Below, one piece after another: positions 1 to 8,884 of a stretch of 64,000 bases of DNA. Position 1 is the stretch's first letter. Each line of letters starts with the position of its first letter. Below the pieces are notes generated by a model. The model was not told the origin of the DNA, ran no database searches, and saw nothing but the letters and a program-made list of their open reading frames with translations. This stretch comes from Candidatus Thiosymbion sp. (GTDB lineage Bacteria; Pseudomonadota; Gammaproteobacteria; Chromatiales; Chromatiaceae), in NCBI GenBank assembly GCA_018435665.1, contig JAHDND010000170.1, positions 7,629-71,628 of the forward strand, read 5' to 3'. Made by a program: the position numbers and the translations under genes.

Positions 1-278
1 GCGAGGTCATCGAGGCGGTGGATGAGCAACTGGAGGCCACCCGCTGTGGCGGCGGTCGGGATTGCCAGGCGCGGGGCGCCTGCCTGACCCATCAGCTTTG
101 GCAGGACCTGAGCGATCACGTTCGCGGCTACCTCCATGGTGTCAGCCTGATGGACCTGGTCGAACACCAGGATGTTCGGGATCGGGTACCGGCCCGGTCG
201 AGAGTCGCCGGTAACGGCGGGACCCACGTGCTCCCGCCGAGCCGCCCGGGCCTGATGCGCATCGCCGCCGGGGTCTGA
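1..278 (+). CDS. iscR: IscR (Rrf2-family Fe-S cluster regulator), 3' part only; the 5' end lies left of the window
   Basis: The frame is open from base 3. The segment ...EVIEAVDEQLEATRCGGGRDCQARGACLTHQLWQDLSDHV... is the Cys-ligand region typical of IscR. It directly precedes iscSUA. Confidence 0.85.
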   Translation, partial: EVIEAVDEQLEATRCGGGRDCQARGACLTHQLWQDLSDHVRGYLHGVSLMDLVEHQDVRDRVPARSRVAGNGGTHVLPPSRPGLMRIAAGV

Positions 279-310
279 GACCCCGCTACCCCTGATTTAC
301 GGAGCGAGAG

Positions 311-1525
311 ATGAAACTGCCCATTTACATGGACTACTCGGCCACGACCCCGGTGGACCCCCGCGTCGCGGAAAAGATGTGTGCCTGCCTGACCCTCGAG
401 GGCAACTTCGGTAATGCCGCCTCGCGCTCTCACGCCTTTGGCTGGGCGGCGGAGGATGCCGTGGAGGAGGCCCGCCAGCAGGTCGCCGACCTGGTCAACG
501 CCGACCCCAAGGAGATCGTCTGGACGTCCGGCGCCACCGAGTCCGACAACCTGGCGATCAAGGGCGCCGCGAATTTCTACCAGAAGCGCGGCCGGCACAT
601 CGTCACCTGTAAGACCGAGCACAAGGCGGTCCTCGACACCTGTCGGCAACTCGAGCGCGAAGGCTTCACGGTCACCTACCTCGACCCCGAGCCCAGCGGG
701 CTGATCGATCCGCGCAAGCTGGAGGAGGCCCTGCGGCCGGATACCATCCTGGTGTCCCTCATGCACGTCAACAACGAGATCGGGGTCATTCAGGACATCC
801 AGGCCATCGGCACCCTGACCCGGGACCGCAACATCCTGTTCCACGTCGACGCCGCCCAGAGCACCGGCCGGGTGCCCATCGATCTGGAGAAGACGCCGGT
901 CGATCTCATGTCCTTCTCCGCCCACAAGACCTATGGTCCCAAGGGTATCGGCGCCCTCTATGTCCGGCGTAAGCCCCGGGTACGGCTGGAGGCGCAGATG
1001 CATGGCGGCGGTCACGAGCGGGGCATGCGTTCCGGCACCCTGCCCACCCACCAGATCGTCGGCATGGGCGAGGCCTTCCGCCTGGCCAAGCTGGAGATGG
1101 CGACCGAGAACGAGCGGGTGCTGGGCCTGCGGCGCCGCCTCTGGGATGGCCTGCGCGACCTGGAGCAGGTCTTCCTCAACGGTGACGAGGAGCGACGGGT
1201 GGCCGGCAACCTCAACGTCAGCTTCGCTTACGTCGAAGGGGAGTCGCTGATCATGGCCCTCAAGGACCTGGCGGTCTCCTCCGGTTCGGCCTGCACCTCC
1301 GCCAGTCTGGAGCCCAGCTATGTCCTGCGTGCCCTGGGGCGGGAGGACGAACTGGCGCACAGTTCCATCCGCTTCTCCCTGGGCCGGTTTACGACGCAGG
1401 AGGAGGTGGACTACGCCATCACCAAGATCCGGGATCAGGTGACCCGGTTGCGTGAGCTCTCCCCCCTCTGGGATATGTATCGGGAAGGGATCGACCTCAG
1501 TTCCGTCCAGTGGGCGGCCCATTGA
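311..1525 (+). CDS. iscS: Cysteine desulfurase IscS
   Basis: 404 aa. Starts [19 protein letters not shown]. Has the PLP-lysine context [17 protein letters not shown] and the active-site loop SSGSACTS. First gene of an isc operon. Confidence 0.97.
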   Translation: MKLPIYMDYSATTPVDPRVAEKMCACLTLEGNFGNAASRSHAFGWAAEDAVEEARQQVADLVNADPKEIVWTSGATESDNLAIKGAANFYQKRGRHIVTCKTEHKAVLDTCRQLEREGFTVTYLDPEPSGLIDPRKLEEALRPDTILVSLMHVNNEIGVIQDIQAIGTLTRDRNILFHVDAAQSTGRVPIDLEKTPVDLMSFSAHKTYGPKGIGALYVRRKPRVRLEAQMHGGGHERGMRSGTLPTHQIVGMGEAFRLAKLEMATENERVLGLRRRLWDGLRDLEQVFLNGDEERRVAGNLNVSFAYVEGESLIMALKDLAVSSGSACTSASLEPSYVLRALGREDELAHSSIRFSLGRFTTQEEVDYAITKIRDQVTRLRELSPLWDMYREGIDLSSVQWAAH

Positions 1526-1590
1526 TTCCACAATTTCCGGGCGTTCGGGCGGTCTTCCCCGCCCGCCCTTGCTTCGAGAGGTGAATTGAC

Positions 1591-1971
1591 ATGGCATACA
1601 GCGAGAAGGTCCTGGACCATTACGAGAATCCCCGCAACGTGGGCAACTTCGACACCAGCGATCCCAGCATCGGGACCGGCATGGTCGGGGCCCCGGCCTG
1701 CGGTGACGTCATGCGCTTGCAGATCAAGGTCAATGACGCCGGGGTCATCGAGGATGCCCGCTTCAAGACCTACGGCTGTGGCTCCGCCATTGCCTCCAGC
1801 AGTCTCTTGACGGAGTGGGTCAAGGGTAAGACCCTGGCGGAGGCCCTGGAGATCAAAAACCAGCAGATCGCCGATGAACTGGCCTTGCCCCCGGTCAAGG
1901 TGCATTGCTCGGTCCTGGCGGAGGATGCCATCAAGGCCGCCATCCACGACTTTGAGCGCAAGCGGGGTTGA
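1591..1971 (+). CDS. iscU: Fe-S cluster scaffold IscU
   Basis: 126 aa. Starts [18 protein letters not shown]. Contains [20 protein letters not shown] and the LPPVKVHCS motif. Confidence 0.97.
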   Translation: MAYSEKVLDHYENPRNVGNFDTSDPSIGTGMVGAPACGDVMRLQIKVNDAGVIEDARFKTYGCGSAIASSSLLTEWVKGKTLAEALEIKNQQIADELALPPVKVHCSVLAEDAIKAAIHDFERKRG

Positions 1972-1996
1972 ACGAGGGAAGCAGGAGCCTTGTGAA

Positions 1997-2320
1997 ATGG
2001 CCATTTCGATGACTGCGGCGGCCGCCAGGCACGTGCGCAACTATCTAGATAATCGCGGTAAGGGTATCGGTATCCGTCTCGGGGTTCGCACCTCCGGTTG
2101 CTCGGGGATGGCCTACACCCTGGAGTTTGCGGATGAGACCCAGCCGGAGGACCTGGTGTTCGAGTCGGAGGGCGTCAAGGTCCTCGTCGATCCCAAGAGC
2201 CTCCTCTATCTGGATGGCACCGAGCTCGACTATACCCGGGAAGGACTGAACGAAGGTTTCAAGTTCAACAACCCCAACGTCAAGGATGCTTGTGGTTGTG
2301 GCGAGAGCTTCAACATCTGA
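1997..2320 (+). CDS. iscA: A-type Fe-S carrier IscA (internal ATG at 1997 chosen; the longer ORF from 1874 overlaps iscU)
   Basis: Starts [13 protein letters not shown]. Has GCSGMAY and a C-terminal CGCGESF motif. Confidence 0.95.
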   Translation: MAISMTAAAARHVRNYLDNRGKGIGIRLGVRTSGCSGMAYTLEFADETQPEDLVFESEGVKVLVDPKSLLYLDGTELDYTREGLNEGFKFNNPNVKDACGCGESFNI

Positions 2321-2365
2321 TGCCCGTCCTCACCGCCTGGTGTCCTCCTGATCAGGGTTAGCGAC

Positions 2366-3067
2366 GTGTTCGATCCGTCCCGGAACCAGAACCATTTCCA
2401 GCTCTTCGGCCTGCCGGTGTCCTTTGCCCTGGATGCCGAGGCGCTTGCCGAGCGCTACCGGCTTCTCCGCCAGACCGTCCACCCGGACCTATATGCCACC
2501 GCCAGCGACCGAGAGAAACGTCTCGCCCTTCAGGCCTCCACCCTGGTCAACGAGGCTTATCAGACCCTCCGCGACCCCCTGACCAGGGCGCGCCATCTCC
2601 TGGAAGTGCGCGGTGGCGGCCTGGGCGATGACCAGGAGACCACCCAGGACATGGCCTTCCTCATGGAACAGATGGAACTGCGGGAGGCCCTGGCGGCGGC
2701 CCGTCAGGCACCGGAGCCCCATGCGGCCATCGAGCGGGTCCGGGCGCGCCTGGAGTCCCTGGCCGACGGTTTGATCGCCGAGATGGGGGCGCGGCTGGAT
2801 AGTGGCGCGCCGGGTATTGGCGCCACACCAGCCCCGCTACCCGGCACTGTACCAGGGACAGGACTGGGTGACGACGCGGCGGAGGTCGGCGCTCCCCCGG
2901 GCCAGGCCCTCGATCGGGCGCCAGGTCCGTCCTCGGACCAGGCGTGCGGCTCGCCCCTAGACGCGGCCCAGGCGGCCATTCGCGAACTGATCCGCAAGTT
3001 GCAGTTCGTGCGTAAGTGCGAGGCCGAGGCCGAGGACCTGGAGGCCGAGCTTGACGAGGCCCTGTGA
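2366..3067 (+). CDS. hscB: J-type co-chaperone HscB, with a Pro/Gly/Ala-rich insertion in the C-terminal domain
   Basis: GTG start. J-domain features are NHFQLFGLP and LRQTVHPD. Sits between iscA and hscA. At 233 aa it is longer than the roughly 170 aa I remember for E. coli HscB. Confidence 0.85.
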   Translation: MFDPSRNQNHFQLFGLPVSFALDAEALAERYRLLRQTVHPDLYATASDREKRLALQASTLVNEAYQTLRDPLTRARHLLEVRGGGLGDDQETTQDMAFLMEQMELREALAAARQAPEPHAAIERVRARLESLADGLIAEMGARLDSGAPGIGATPAPLPGTVPGTGLGDDAAEVGAPPGQALDRAPGPSSDQACGSPLDAAQAAIRELIRKLQFVRKCEAEAEDLEAELDEAL

Positions 3068-3230
3068 GGCACGTCCCCAGGTCCATCAACCTAACGGCGC
3101 CGCCGCCAGCATTTCCGCCAACCCCTTGTGTGCTTGTCGCGCCCCATTTTGGTCACTGGTCGCCTCTTGGCCCTGGCCGAGCCGCGGGACCGGTGATTGG
3201 GCCCTGGCCAGGGCAACCTAGAGAGAACCT

Positions 3231-5105
3231 ATGGCATTGCTACAGATCGCGGAGCCTGGTCGTTCCGCCGCCCCCCACCAACACCGCCTGGCCGCCGGTA
3301 TCGATCTGGGAACCACCAATTCCCTGATCGCCACCGTGCGCAGTGGGCGGGCCGAAACCTTGGCGGATGCGGTGGGTCGCCACCTGCTGCCCTCCGTCGT
3401 GCGCTACACGGAGGAGGGTCCCGTGGTGGGCGACGAGGCCAAGGCCATGGCCGCCCTGGACCCGCTTAACACCCTGGCCTCCGCCAAGCGCCTCATCGGC
3501 CGCGGCATCGCCGAGGTCAAGGGCCTGGGCTCCCGTCTGCCCTACGAGTTCGTCCGTACCGACACGGCCGTGCCGCGCATCCGCACCCGCGCGGGGGATG
3601 TCAGCCCCATCGAGGTCTCCGCCGAAATCCTGCGCACCCTGGCCCAACGGGCCGAGGACAGCCTGGGCGGTGAACTCACCGGGGTGGTCATCACCGTCCC
3701 GGCCTACTTCGACGACGCCCAGCGCCAGGCGACCAAGGACGCCGCCCGGCTGGCCGGCCTCAAGGTGCTGCGGCTGCTCAACGAACCGACGGCGGCCGCG
3801 GTGGCCTATGGCCTGGATCGCGGCGCCGATGGCCTCCATGCCGTCTTCGATCTGGGAGGCGGCACCTTCGACATTTCCATCCTGCGCCTGCGGCAGGGGG
3901 TCTTCGAGGTCCTGGCCACGGGCGGGGATTCGGCCCTGGGCGGGGATGACATGGACCACGCCCTGGCGGAATGGATCATGGCCCAGGCGGGGATCGGCGA
4001 CGATGCCGGGCATCAGGTCCTGCGGGGGCTGCTGCGCGACGCCCGCGCCGCCAAGGAGGCGCTGACGGACCAGCCCGCCGCCCCCCTGCGTATCGCCCTG
4101 CCCGGCGGTCACCATTGGGAGGGCCGGATCGATCGCGCCACCTTCGATGGCCTGGTCGATCCCCTCATCTCCCGGGCCCTCGCCGCCTGCCGCCGGGCGC
4201 TGCGGGATGCCGGCCTCAAGGTGGGGGAGATCAAGGATGTGGTGATGGTGGGCGGCGCCACCCGCGTGCCACGGGTGCGTGAACGGGTGGGGGAATTCTT
4301 CGGCCAGCCCCCCCTGGTGGACCTGGACCCGGAACGGGTGGTGGCCTACGGCGCCGCCCTCCAGGCCGATGCCCTGGTGGGGAACAAGCCGGACGGAGAA
4401 CTCCTGCTGCTGGATGTCATCCCCCTGTCCCTGGGGTTGGAGACCATGGGTGGCCTGGTGGAGCGGATCGTGCCGCGCAACACCCCCATCCCCGTGGCCC
4501 GGGCCCAGGAATTCACCACCTTCAAGGACGGCCAAACCGCCATGGCCCTCCATGTGGTCCAGGGGGAGCGCGATCTGGTGGCGGATTGCCGCTCCCTGGC
4601 CCGCTTCGAGTTGCGGGGCATCCCGCCCCTGGTCGCCGGGGCCGCCCGCATCCGCGTCACCTTCCAGGTCGACGCCGACGGGCTGCTCAACGTGACCGCC
4701 GTGGAACAGACCAGCGGCGTCCAGGCCCAGGTCGAGGTCAAGCCCGCCCATGGCCTGACCGATGGCGAGATCGAGACCATGCTGCGCGACTCCTTGACCC
4801 ACTCCCAGGAGGACCTGGAGGCCAGGCGCCTGCGGGAGCAGCAGGTGGAGGGCCAGCGCACCATCGAGGCCCTGATCGCCGCCCTGGCCAAGGACGGCGA
4901 GGCCCTTCTGTCCCCGGCGGAGCGGCAGACCATCGAGGCGGCCCTGGCGGCGTTGCGTGACCGGGTGGCGGGGACGGAAGGCCCGGCGATCAAGTCCGCC
5001 ATCGAGGCCCTGGAGCAGGCCTGCGCCGGCTATGTCGAACGACGCATGAATACCAGCATCCAGCGCGCCATGGCGGGCCACAAGGTTGAGGAGTTTGCAT
5101 CATGA
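3231..5105 (+). CDS. hscA: Hsp70-type Fe-S chaperone HscA
   Basis: 624 aa. Contains [42 protein letters not shown] and VGGATRVP. Confidence 0.95.
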   Translation: MALLQIAEPGRSAAPHQHRLAAGIDLGTTNSLIATVRSGRAETLADAVGRHLLPSVVRYTEEGPVVGDEAKAMAALDPLNTLASAKRLIGRGIAEVKGLGSRLPYEFVRTDTAVPRIRTRAGDVSPIEVSAEILRTLAQRAEDSLGGELTGVVITVPAYFDDAQRQATKDAARLAGLKVLRLLNEPTAAAVAYGLDRGADGLHAVFDLGGGTFDISILRLRQGVFEVLATGGDSALGGDDMDHALAEWIMAQAGIGDDAGHQVLRGLLRDARAAKEALTDQPAAPLRIALPGGHHWEGRIDRATFDGLVDPLISRALAACRRALRDAGLKVGEIKDVVMVGGATRVPRVRERVGEFFGQPPLVDLDPERVVAYGAALQADALVGNKPDGELLLLDVIPLSLGLETMGGLVERIVPRNTPIPVARAQEFTTFKDGQTAMALHVVQGERDLVADCRSLARFELRGIPPLVAGAARIRVTFQVDADGLLNVTAVEQTSGVQAQVEVKPAHGLTDGEIETMLRDSLTHSQEDLEARRLREQQVEGQRTIEALIAALAKDGEALLSPAERQTIEAALAALRDRVAGTEGPAIKSAIEALEQACAGYVERRMNTSIQRAMAGHKVEEFAS

Positions 5106-5440
5106 CCCAGTTGATTTTTCTCCCCCACGAAGAGATCTGTCCCGAGGGGGCCGTCATCCAGGCGGAACCGGGCGAGACCATCTGTGACGCCGCCCTGGCC
5201 GCGGGCATCGAGATCGAACATGCCTGCGAGAAGTCCTGCGCCTGCACCACCTGCCACGTCATCATCCGTGAGGGTTATGACTCCCTGGCGGAGGCGGATG
5301 AGGTGGAGGAGGACCTCCTGGACAAGGCCTGGGGCCTGGAGCCCGAGTCACGCCTGAGTTGTCAGGCCAAGGTCGGCAACGAAGACCTGGTTATCGAAAT
5401 TCCCAAGTACACCATCAACATGGTGTCTGAGCACCACTAG
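5102..5440 (+). CDS. fdx: ISC-type [2Fe-2S] ferredoxin
   Basis: 112 aa. Cys pattern [11 protein letters not shown] ... C is adrenodoxin-type. Its start overlaps the hscA stop (ATGA). Confidence 0.95.
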   Translation: MTQLIFLPHEEICPEGAVIQAEPGETICDAALAAGIEIEHACEKSCACTTCHVIIREGYDSLAEADEVEEDLLDKAWGLEPESRLSCQAKVGNEDLVIEIPKYTINMVSEHH

Positions 5441-5460
5441 CCCGAACCCGAGGAATCATT

Positions 5461-5664
5461 ATGGCCATCATGTGGACGGATACCCTGGATATTGCCATCG
5501 CCCTTGACGAGACCTACCCGGATGTCGATCCGCGCCATGTCAATTTCGTCGATCTGCGCAATTGGGTCATGACCCTGCCGGAATTCGCCGACGACCCGGC
5601 CCGGTCCGGGGAGAAAATCCTCGAGGCCATTCAGATGGCCTGGCTTGAAGAACGGGAAGAATAA
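5461..5664 (+). CDS. iscX: IscX (YfhJ) small acidic Fe-S assembly protein
   Basis: 67 aa. Starts MWTDTLDIAIALDETYPDVDP. It occupies the last position of the isc operon. Confidence 0.85.
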   Translation: MAIMWTDTLDIAIALDETYPDVDPRHVNFVDLRNWVMTLPEFADDPARSGEKILEAIQMAWLEEREE

Positions 5665-5666
5665 GC

Positions 5667-5697
5667 AAAAAAACCGCTCCGCCGTGGCGGTACGGAG
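5667..5697 (-). terminator. Candidate rho-independent terminator in the iscX/rhodanese convergent gap
   Basis: Imperfect hairpin: CTCCG(5677-5681) pairs with CGGAG(5693-5697), with an inner CCG/CGG pair. On the minus strand it is followed by a run of seven T (plus-strand A-run 5667-5673). Confidence 0.4.
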
Positions 5698-5796
5698 GGG
5701 TAGGGCGGTGATCAGTAAGGTTCGGGGCTCAACCCTGTTACCAGGGCAGGCCACGAAAACGGCAGAGATCCCAAGACACCACCTGGTTCGGGTGTT

Positions 5797-6228
5797 TCAG
5801 CATTGCTCCCAGGGCAGGCCCCGAAAACGCCAGCCACCGATGGTGCTGCGGTGGTGGGCCTCGTCCAGATCACCCTCAAAACCCTCGTCGATATGGTAGA
5901 CGTTGCGCACTCCCGCCGCGATCAGGGCCTTGCCCGCCTCCAGGGAGCGCTTGCCACTGCGGCAGATCAGGATGATCGGGGTGCAGGGATTATCCTCGGA
6001 GCATACGGCCCCCCCCAGGAGCAGCTTGCGGATCTCGGTCTCGAAGTGGGGGTTGACGGTCCACTCGGGTTCGTCGATCCAGGCGACGTGAACGGCCCCC
6101 TGGGGATGGCCGACGAAAAGGAATTCCATGGTCGAGCGGATGTCGACCAGCAGGGCCTTGGGATCCTCCTGCAGCAATTGCCAAGCCTCCTGGGGGGAGA
6201 GGTGCTTGGGGAGGGGATGATCGGTCAT
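5797..6228 (-). CDS. Single-domain rhodanese (sulfurtransferase)
   Basis: 143 aa counted from the internal ATG at 6228 (MTDHPLPKHLSPQEAW). Active-site loop is CRSGKRS. The longer 258-aa ORF adds an Arg/Pro-rich, non-protein-like N-terminus. Confidence 0.85.
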   Translation of the reverse strand: MTDHPLPKHLSPQEAWQLLQEDPKALLVDIRSTMEFLFVGHPQGAVHVAWIDEPEWTVNPHFETEIRKLLLGGAVCSEDNPCTPIILICRSGKRSLEAGKALIAAGVRNVYHIDEGFEGDLDEAHHRSTIGGWRFRGLPWEQC

Positions 6229-6355
6229 GGTGTTGCTTCCTTTGGTGGTTGTTCTGTTTTCGGTTATCTTGCTGGTCTGAAAGCGGGCCTGGGCCTTGGG
6301 CCCAGGGAACAATTCCCGGATTTGTTGCCAGTAGCCGATCAATGATGCCGAAATC

Positions 6356-7318
6356 ATGGATTCCAACCCCGGCGGTGATGCCTTAAAGGGCCCGCGCAGC
6401 GCTGCCACCGCGGGAGGTCGGCGGTCGGCCCCGGCCTGGCAGGAGTGGCTGGTTCGCCAGTTGGCCCTTGGGCTCTCCCGCCTGCCCTTTGCCTTCTCCC
6501 AGGGCCTGGGCTGGCTGCTGGGCACCCTCCTGCGCTTTGTCCCCAACAAGCAGCGGCGCAATGCCCTGATCAATCTGCGGCTCTGTCATCCGGACTGGGG
6601 TGAGGCGGAGGTCCGGCGCTTTCGCGACCGCGCCCTGCGGGAGGAGGCCAAGACCTTTGTCGAGATCGCCTATCTCCTGCTGCGCCCCGTGCCCCAGGTG
6701 CTGGCACTGATTCGAGAGACCCAGGGCCTGGAGTTATTGGAGCGGCCGGCGGGGCAGGGCCTGATCGTCCTCTCCCCCCATCTGGGGGCCTGGGAGATGG
6801 CGGGGCTCTTCCTCTCCACGCGTGGCCCGACCACCACCCTCTACAAGCCGCAGCCGCTGGCCGATGAACTGGTTCGCCAGGCCCGGGGGCGGGGCGGTGC
6901 CCTCCTGGTGCCCACGGATCAGACCGGGATCCGCCACTTGCTCCAGGGGCTGAGGCGCGGGGAATTTCTCGGCATCCTGCCCGATCAGGAGCCCAAGGAG
7001 GACAAGGGCTGCGTCTTTGCCCCCTTTTTCGGCGTCCCGGCCCTGACCATGTTGCTGGTCAACCGCCTGGCACGGCGGACGGGGGCCGCGGTGGTCTTTC
7101 TCTTTGCCCGGCGCCTTCCCCGGGGGCGCGGCTTTGCCCTCCATTGCCTGCCGGCCCCAGCGGGGGTGGATGCGGTGGATGAGGTGGAGGCGGCGGCGGC
7201 CCTCAACCGGGGCGTTGAGGCCTGCGTCGAGCTCTGCCCCGAACAGTATGTCTGGTCCTACAAGCGCTTCCGTACCCGGCCCGACGGCGGGCCCCACCCT
7301 TATCACGGTCCCCGCTGA
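6356..7318 (+). CDS. Lipid A biosynthesis (lauroyl/myristoyl) acyltransferase family, LpxL/HtrB-like
   Basis: 320 aa. Contains RRNALINLRLCHP, the H-x4-E/D box SPHLGAWEM, and ILPDQEP...VFAPFFG...YVWSYKRF, typical of the family. Confidence 0.8.
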   Translation: MDSNPGGDALKGPRSAATAGGRRSAPAWQEWLVRQLALGLSRLPFAFSQGLGWLLGTLLRFVPNKQRRNALINLRLCHPDWGEAEVRRFRDRALREEAKTFVEIAYLLLRPVPQVLALIRETQGLELLERPAGQGLIVLSPHLGAWEMAGLFLSTRGPTTTLYKPQPLADELVRQARGRGGALLVPTDQTGIRHLLQGLRRGEFLGILPDQEPKEDKGCVFAPFFGVPALTMLLVNRLARRTGAAVVFLFARRLPRGRGFALHCLPAPAGVDAVDEVEAAAALNRGVEACVELCPEQYVWSYKRFRTRPDGGPHPYHGPR

Positions 7319-7410
7319 GATCACCTTTTCGGACCGGAGGACCAAGGGACCGGCATGCAAAAGCGCCTATAACCCACGCATCTCAGTCCTGGGCCCCGAT
7401 GAGGAGGTTT

Positions 7411-7520
7411 GGGGGCGTCTGGCGGTCGTCAATCCTGAAGGGACGTTTTCAAGTTTCTGTCGGTCGTCAATCCTACAGGGACGATTTCAAGTTCTCCCCC
7501 GCCAGACGCCAGCCGACCCG
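7411..7520. repeat. Palindromic MITE/REP-like element, variant copy A with a tandemly duplicated core
   Basis: Terminal inverted repeat GGCGTCTGGCGG (7414-7425) / CCGCCAGACGCC (7499-7510). Inside are two adjacent 35-38 nt units, TCGTCAATCCT(GA/AC)AGGGACG(T/A)TTTCAAGTT. It lies in the lpxL -> <- soxZ convergent gap. Confidence 0.6.
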
Positions 7521-7612
7521 GCGAAGCCGAAAAATGATCCACGGTGTCTGAACACGCCGCGGACAAGGGAGGGTCCGCCACCTCGTCGCGGACCCAGGGA
7601 GCCAGGGGGCGG

Positions 7613-7927
7613 TTATTCGATCTCGACGGTCTCGGTCTCGGTAGCGCCCTTGTTGTCGGTCCAGGTCAATTCGACCTTGTCGCCCTTGGCCGCGCCGGAG
7701 AACTTGAAGGCCAGATAGGGGTTCTTGGAGACGCCGCCACTCCAGAGGGCGGTGAGAACGGTATTGCCCCCGACCTTGGCGGTCACGTTCTGAATGAAAT
7801 GGGCCGGGATGACCTCACCGGTCTCCTTATTCTTGCCCATGCCGTTTTCCATGGGGTGGGTCATGAGGGCCTTGACCTCGGTGACGTCGCCCTTGATCTT
7901 GGCCTTGATCTTCATCTGGGATGCCAT
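7613..7927 (-). CDS. soxZ: SoxZ (paralog 1)
   Basis: 104 aa. KALMTHPMENG...PAHFIQ... is the SoxZ signature. Immediately downstream of soxY. Confidence 0.9.
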   Translation of the reverse strand: MASQMKIKAKIKGDVTEVKALMTHPMENGMGKNKETGEVIPAHFIQNVTAKVGGNTVLTALWSGGVSKNPYLAFKFSGAAKGDKVELTWTDNKGATETETVEIE

Positions 7928-7982
7928 GCTTTGCTACCTCGCATTCATGTTTCGTTGTGGGTGATCCGGTGGGGAACCAAGA

Positions 7983-8450
7983 TCAACAACCGCCGACGGT
8001 GACCTTCACTTCCCGGGAAGCGCTATAGACCTTATCCCCGGCCTTGACCAGGGCGATGAGGTTGGCGGTCTTACCCATCTTGATGCGGGTGGAGATGAAG
8101 GGCAGGGCGCCCTTGCCCAGTTCGAAGGAGGCGACCAGGGGCATCATGTTGCCGGCGGCGACCAGGGTGATGGAGCTGGCGCCCTCGAGGGTGGTTTCGA
8201 CCGTGACCGGGACCACGGCGCCGTTCTCGGCGATATCCGGGGCCTTGAGGTCGATCTTGTCACTGGGTTCATGGGCGGCATTGCCCAGCAGGCCCTTGAG
8301 GGCATCATCCACGCTCTGAGCGTTGAAGGCGGCCTCGGGCCAGGCGGCCAGCACCAGACGCGGGGTCAGGAGGCCAGCGCCGATGGCCATGCCGACGGCA
8401 CCAGCGGCGAGGGAGCCCTTGAGCAGGATTCTGCGTTTTGCATCGATCAT
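7983..8450 (-). CDS. soxY: SoxY sulfur-carrier protein (paralog 1), Tat signal, C-terminus ...VTVGGC
   Basis: Internal ATG at 8450 (MIDAKRRILLKGSLAAG is a twin-arginine signal). Contains APDIAENGAVVPVTV and ends GGC followed by the stop codon. Confidence 0.9.
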   Translation of the reverse strand: MIDAKRRILLKGSLAAGAVGMAIGAGLLTPRLVLAAWPEAAFNAQSVDDALKGLLGNAAHEPSDKIDLKAPDIAENGAVVPVTVETTLEGASSITLVAAGNMMPLVASFELGKGALPFISTRIKMGKTANLIALVKAGDKVYSASREVKVTVGGC

Positions 8451-8760
8451 GAAAGTCTCCTGTCGAGCATTGTCATGGATAGAAGGTCCGGAACCCAAGC
8501 CAGGGTCCGGTGGGCAAAACCGGCGCGGTGGGACGCCGGGACGAGAGAACAAGAGCGCGCCGCGCGCGAAAGTTTCTTTTTTGATCAAGGGTCAGCTTAC
8601 CCCAGTCGTTCCCGGCCGCCAAGGATATAGGTCAATTGCGGTTGCATTTGTCGTCAGGACCGGGGGGTGCCTCCCGCACCGCCAAGAGCCATGAGGCGGC
8701 GCGATAGGCACTGATATTTAAAGACTTTGTCGTGTCCTTCACGTTATGCAAATCGGATTG

Positions 8761-8812
8761 CAGTTTTCGGCATTGTGTAAGGGAGGAACCCGGAAAAACC
8801 GAAACTTGATGG
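8761..8812. repeat. Collapsed relative of the palindromic element: outer flanks only
   Basis: CAGTTTTCGGC-N-AAGGGAGG is joined directly to ACCCGGAAAAACCGAAACTTGATG. The left part matches the left flank of the copy at 55579. The right part matches the right flank of the copy at 45474. Confidence 0.35.
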
Positions 8813-8884
8813 GTGATGTCTATAACTGGCAGGAGGGGACACGCCATGCCCCTGAAAACGTGAGGCTTTGCAATGACTTTCACG

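Noticed and set aside
128-1597. A 489-aa ORF antisense to iscS. Similar very long antisense or out-of-frame ORFs are at 3240..5081, 10910..12139, 24075..25265, 27142..28113, 30747..32174, 47056..48504, 51340..53121, 54153..55514, 56220..57311, 57091..58626, 58595..60367 and 60298..61923.
   Set aside because: All overlap strongly recognisable genes on the other strand or in another frame. Their translations are Gly/Arg/Ala/Pro/Val-rich and low in information, the usual open-frame artefact of GC-rich DNA.
6229-6573. N-terminal 115-residue extension of the rhodanese ORF.
   Set aside because: The extension is Arg/Pro-rich and runs into and across the lpxL-like start. The internal ATG at 6228 gives a normal single-domain rhodanese.
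7426-7495. Two adjacent 35-38 nt direct repeats (TCGTCAATCCT..AGGGACG.TTTCAAGTT) that look superficially like CRISPR repeats.
   Set aside because: There are only two units. They abut each other with no spacer. They sit inside a pair of terminal inverted repeats shared with other palindromic elements. No cas genes or leader are nearby.
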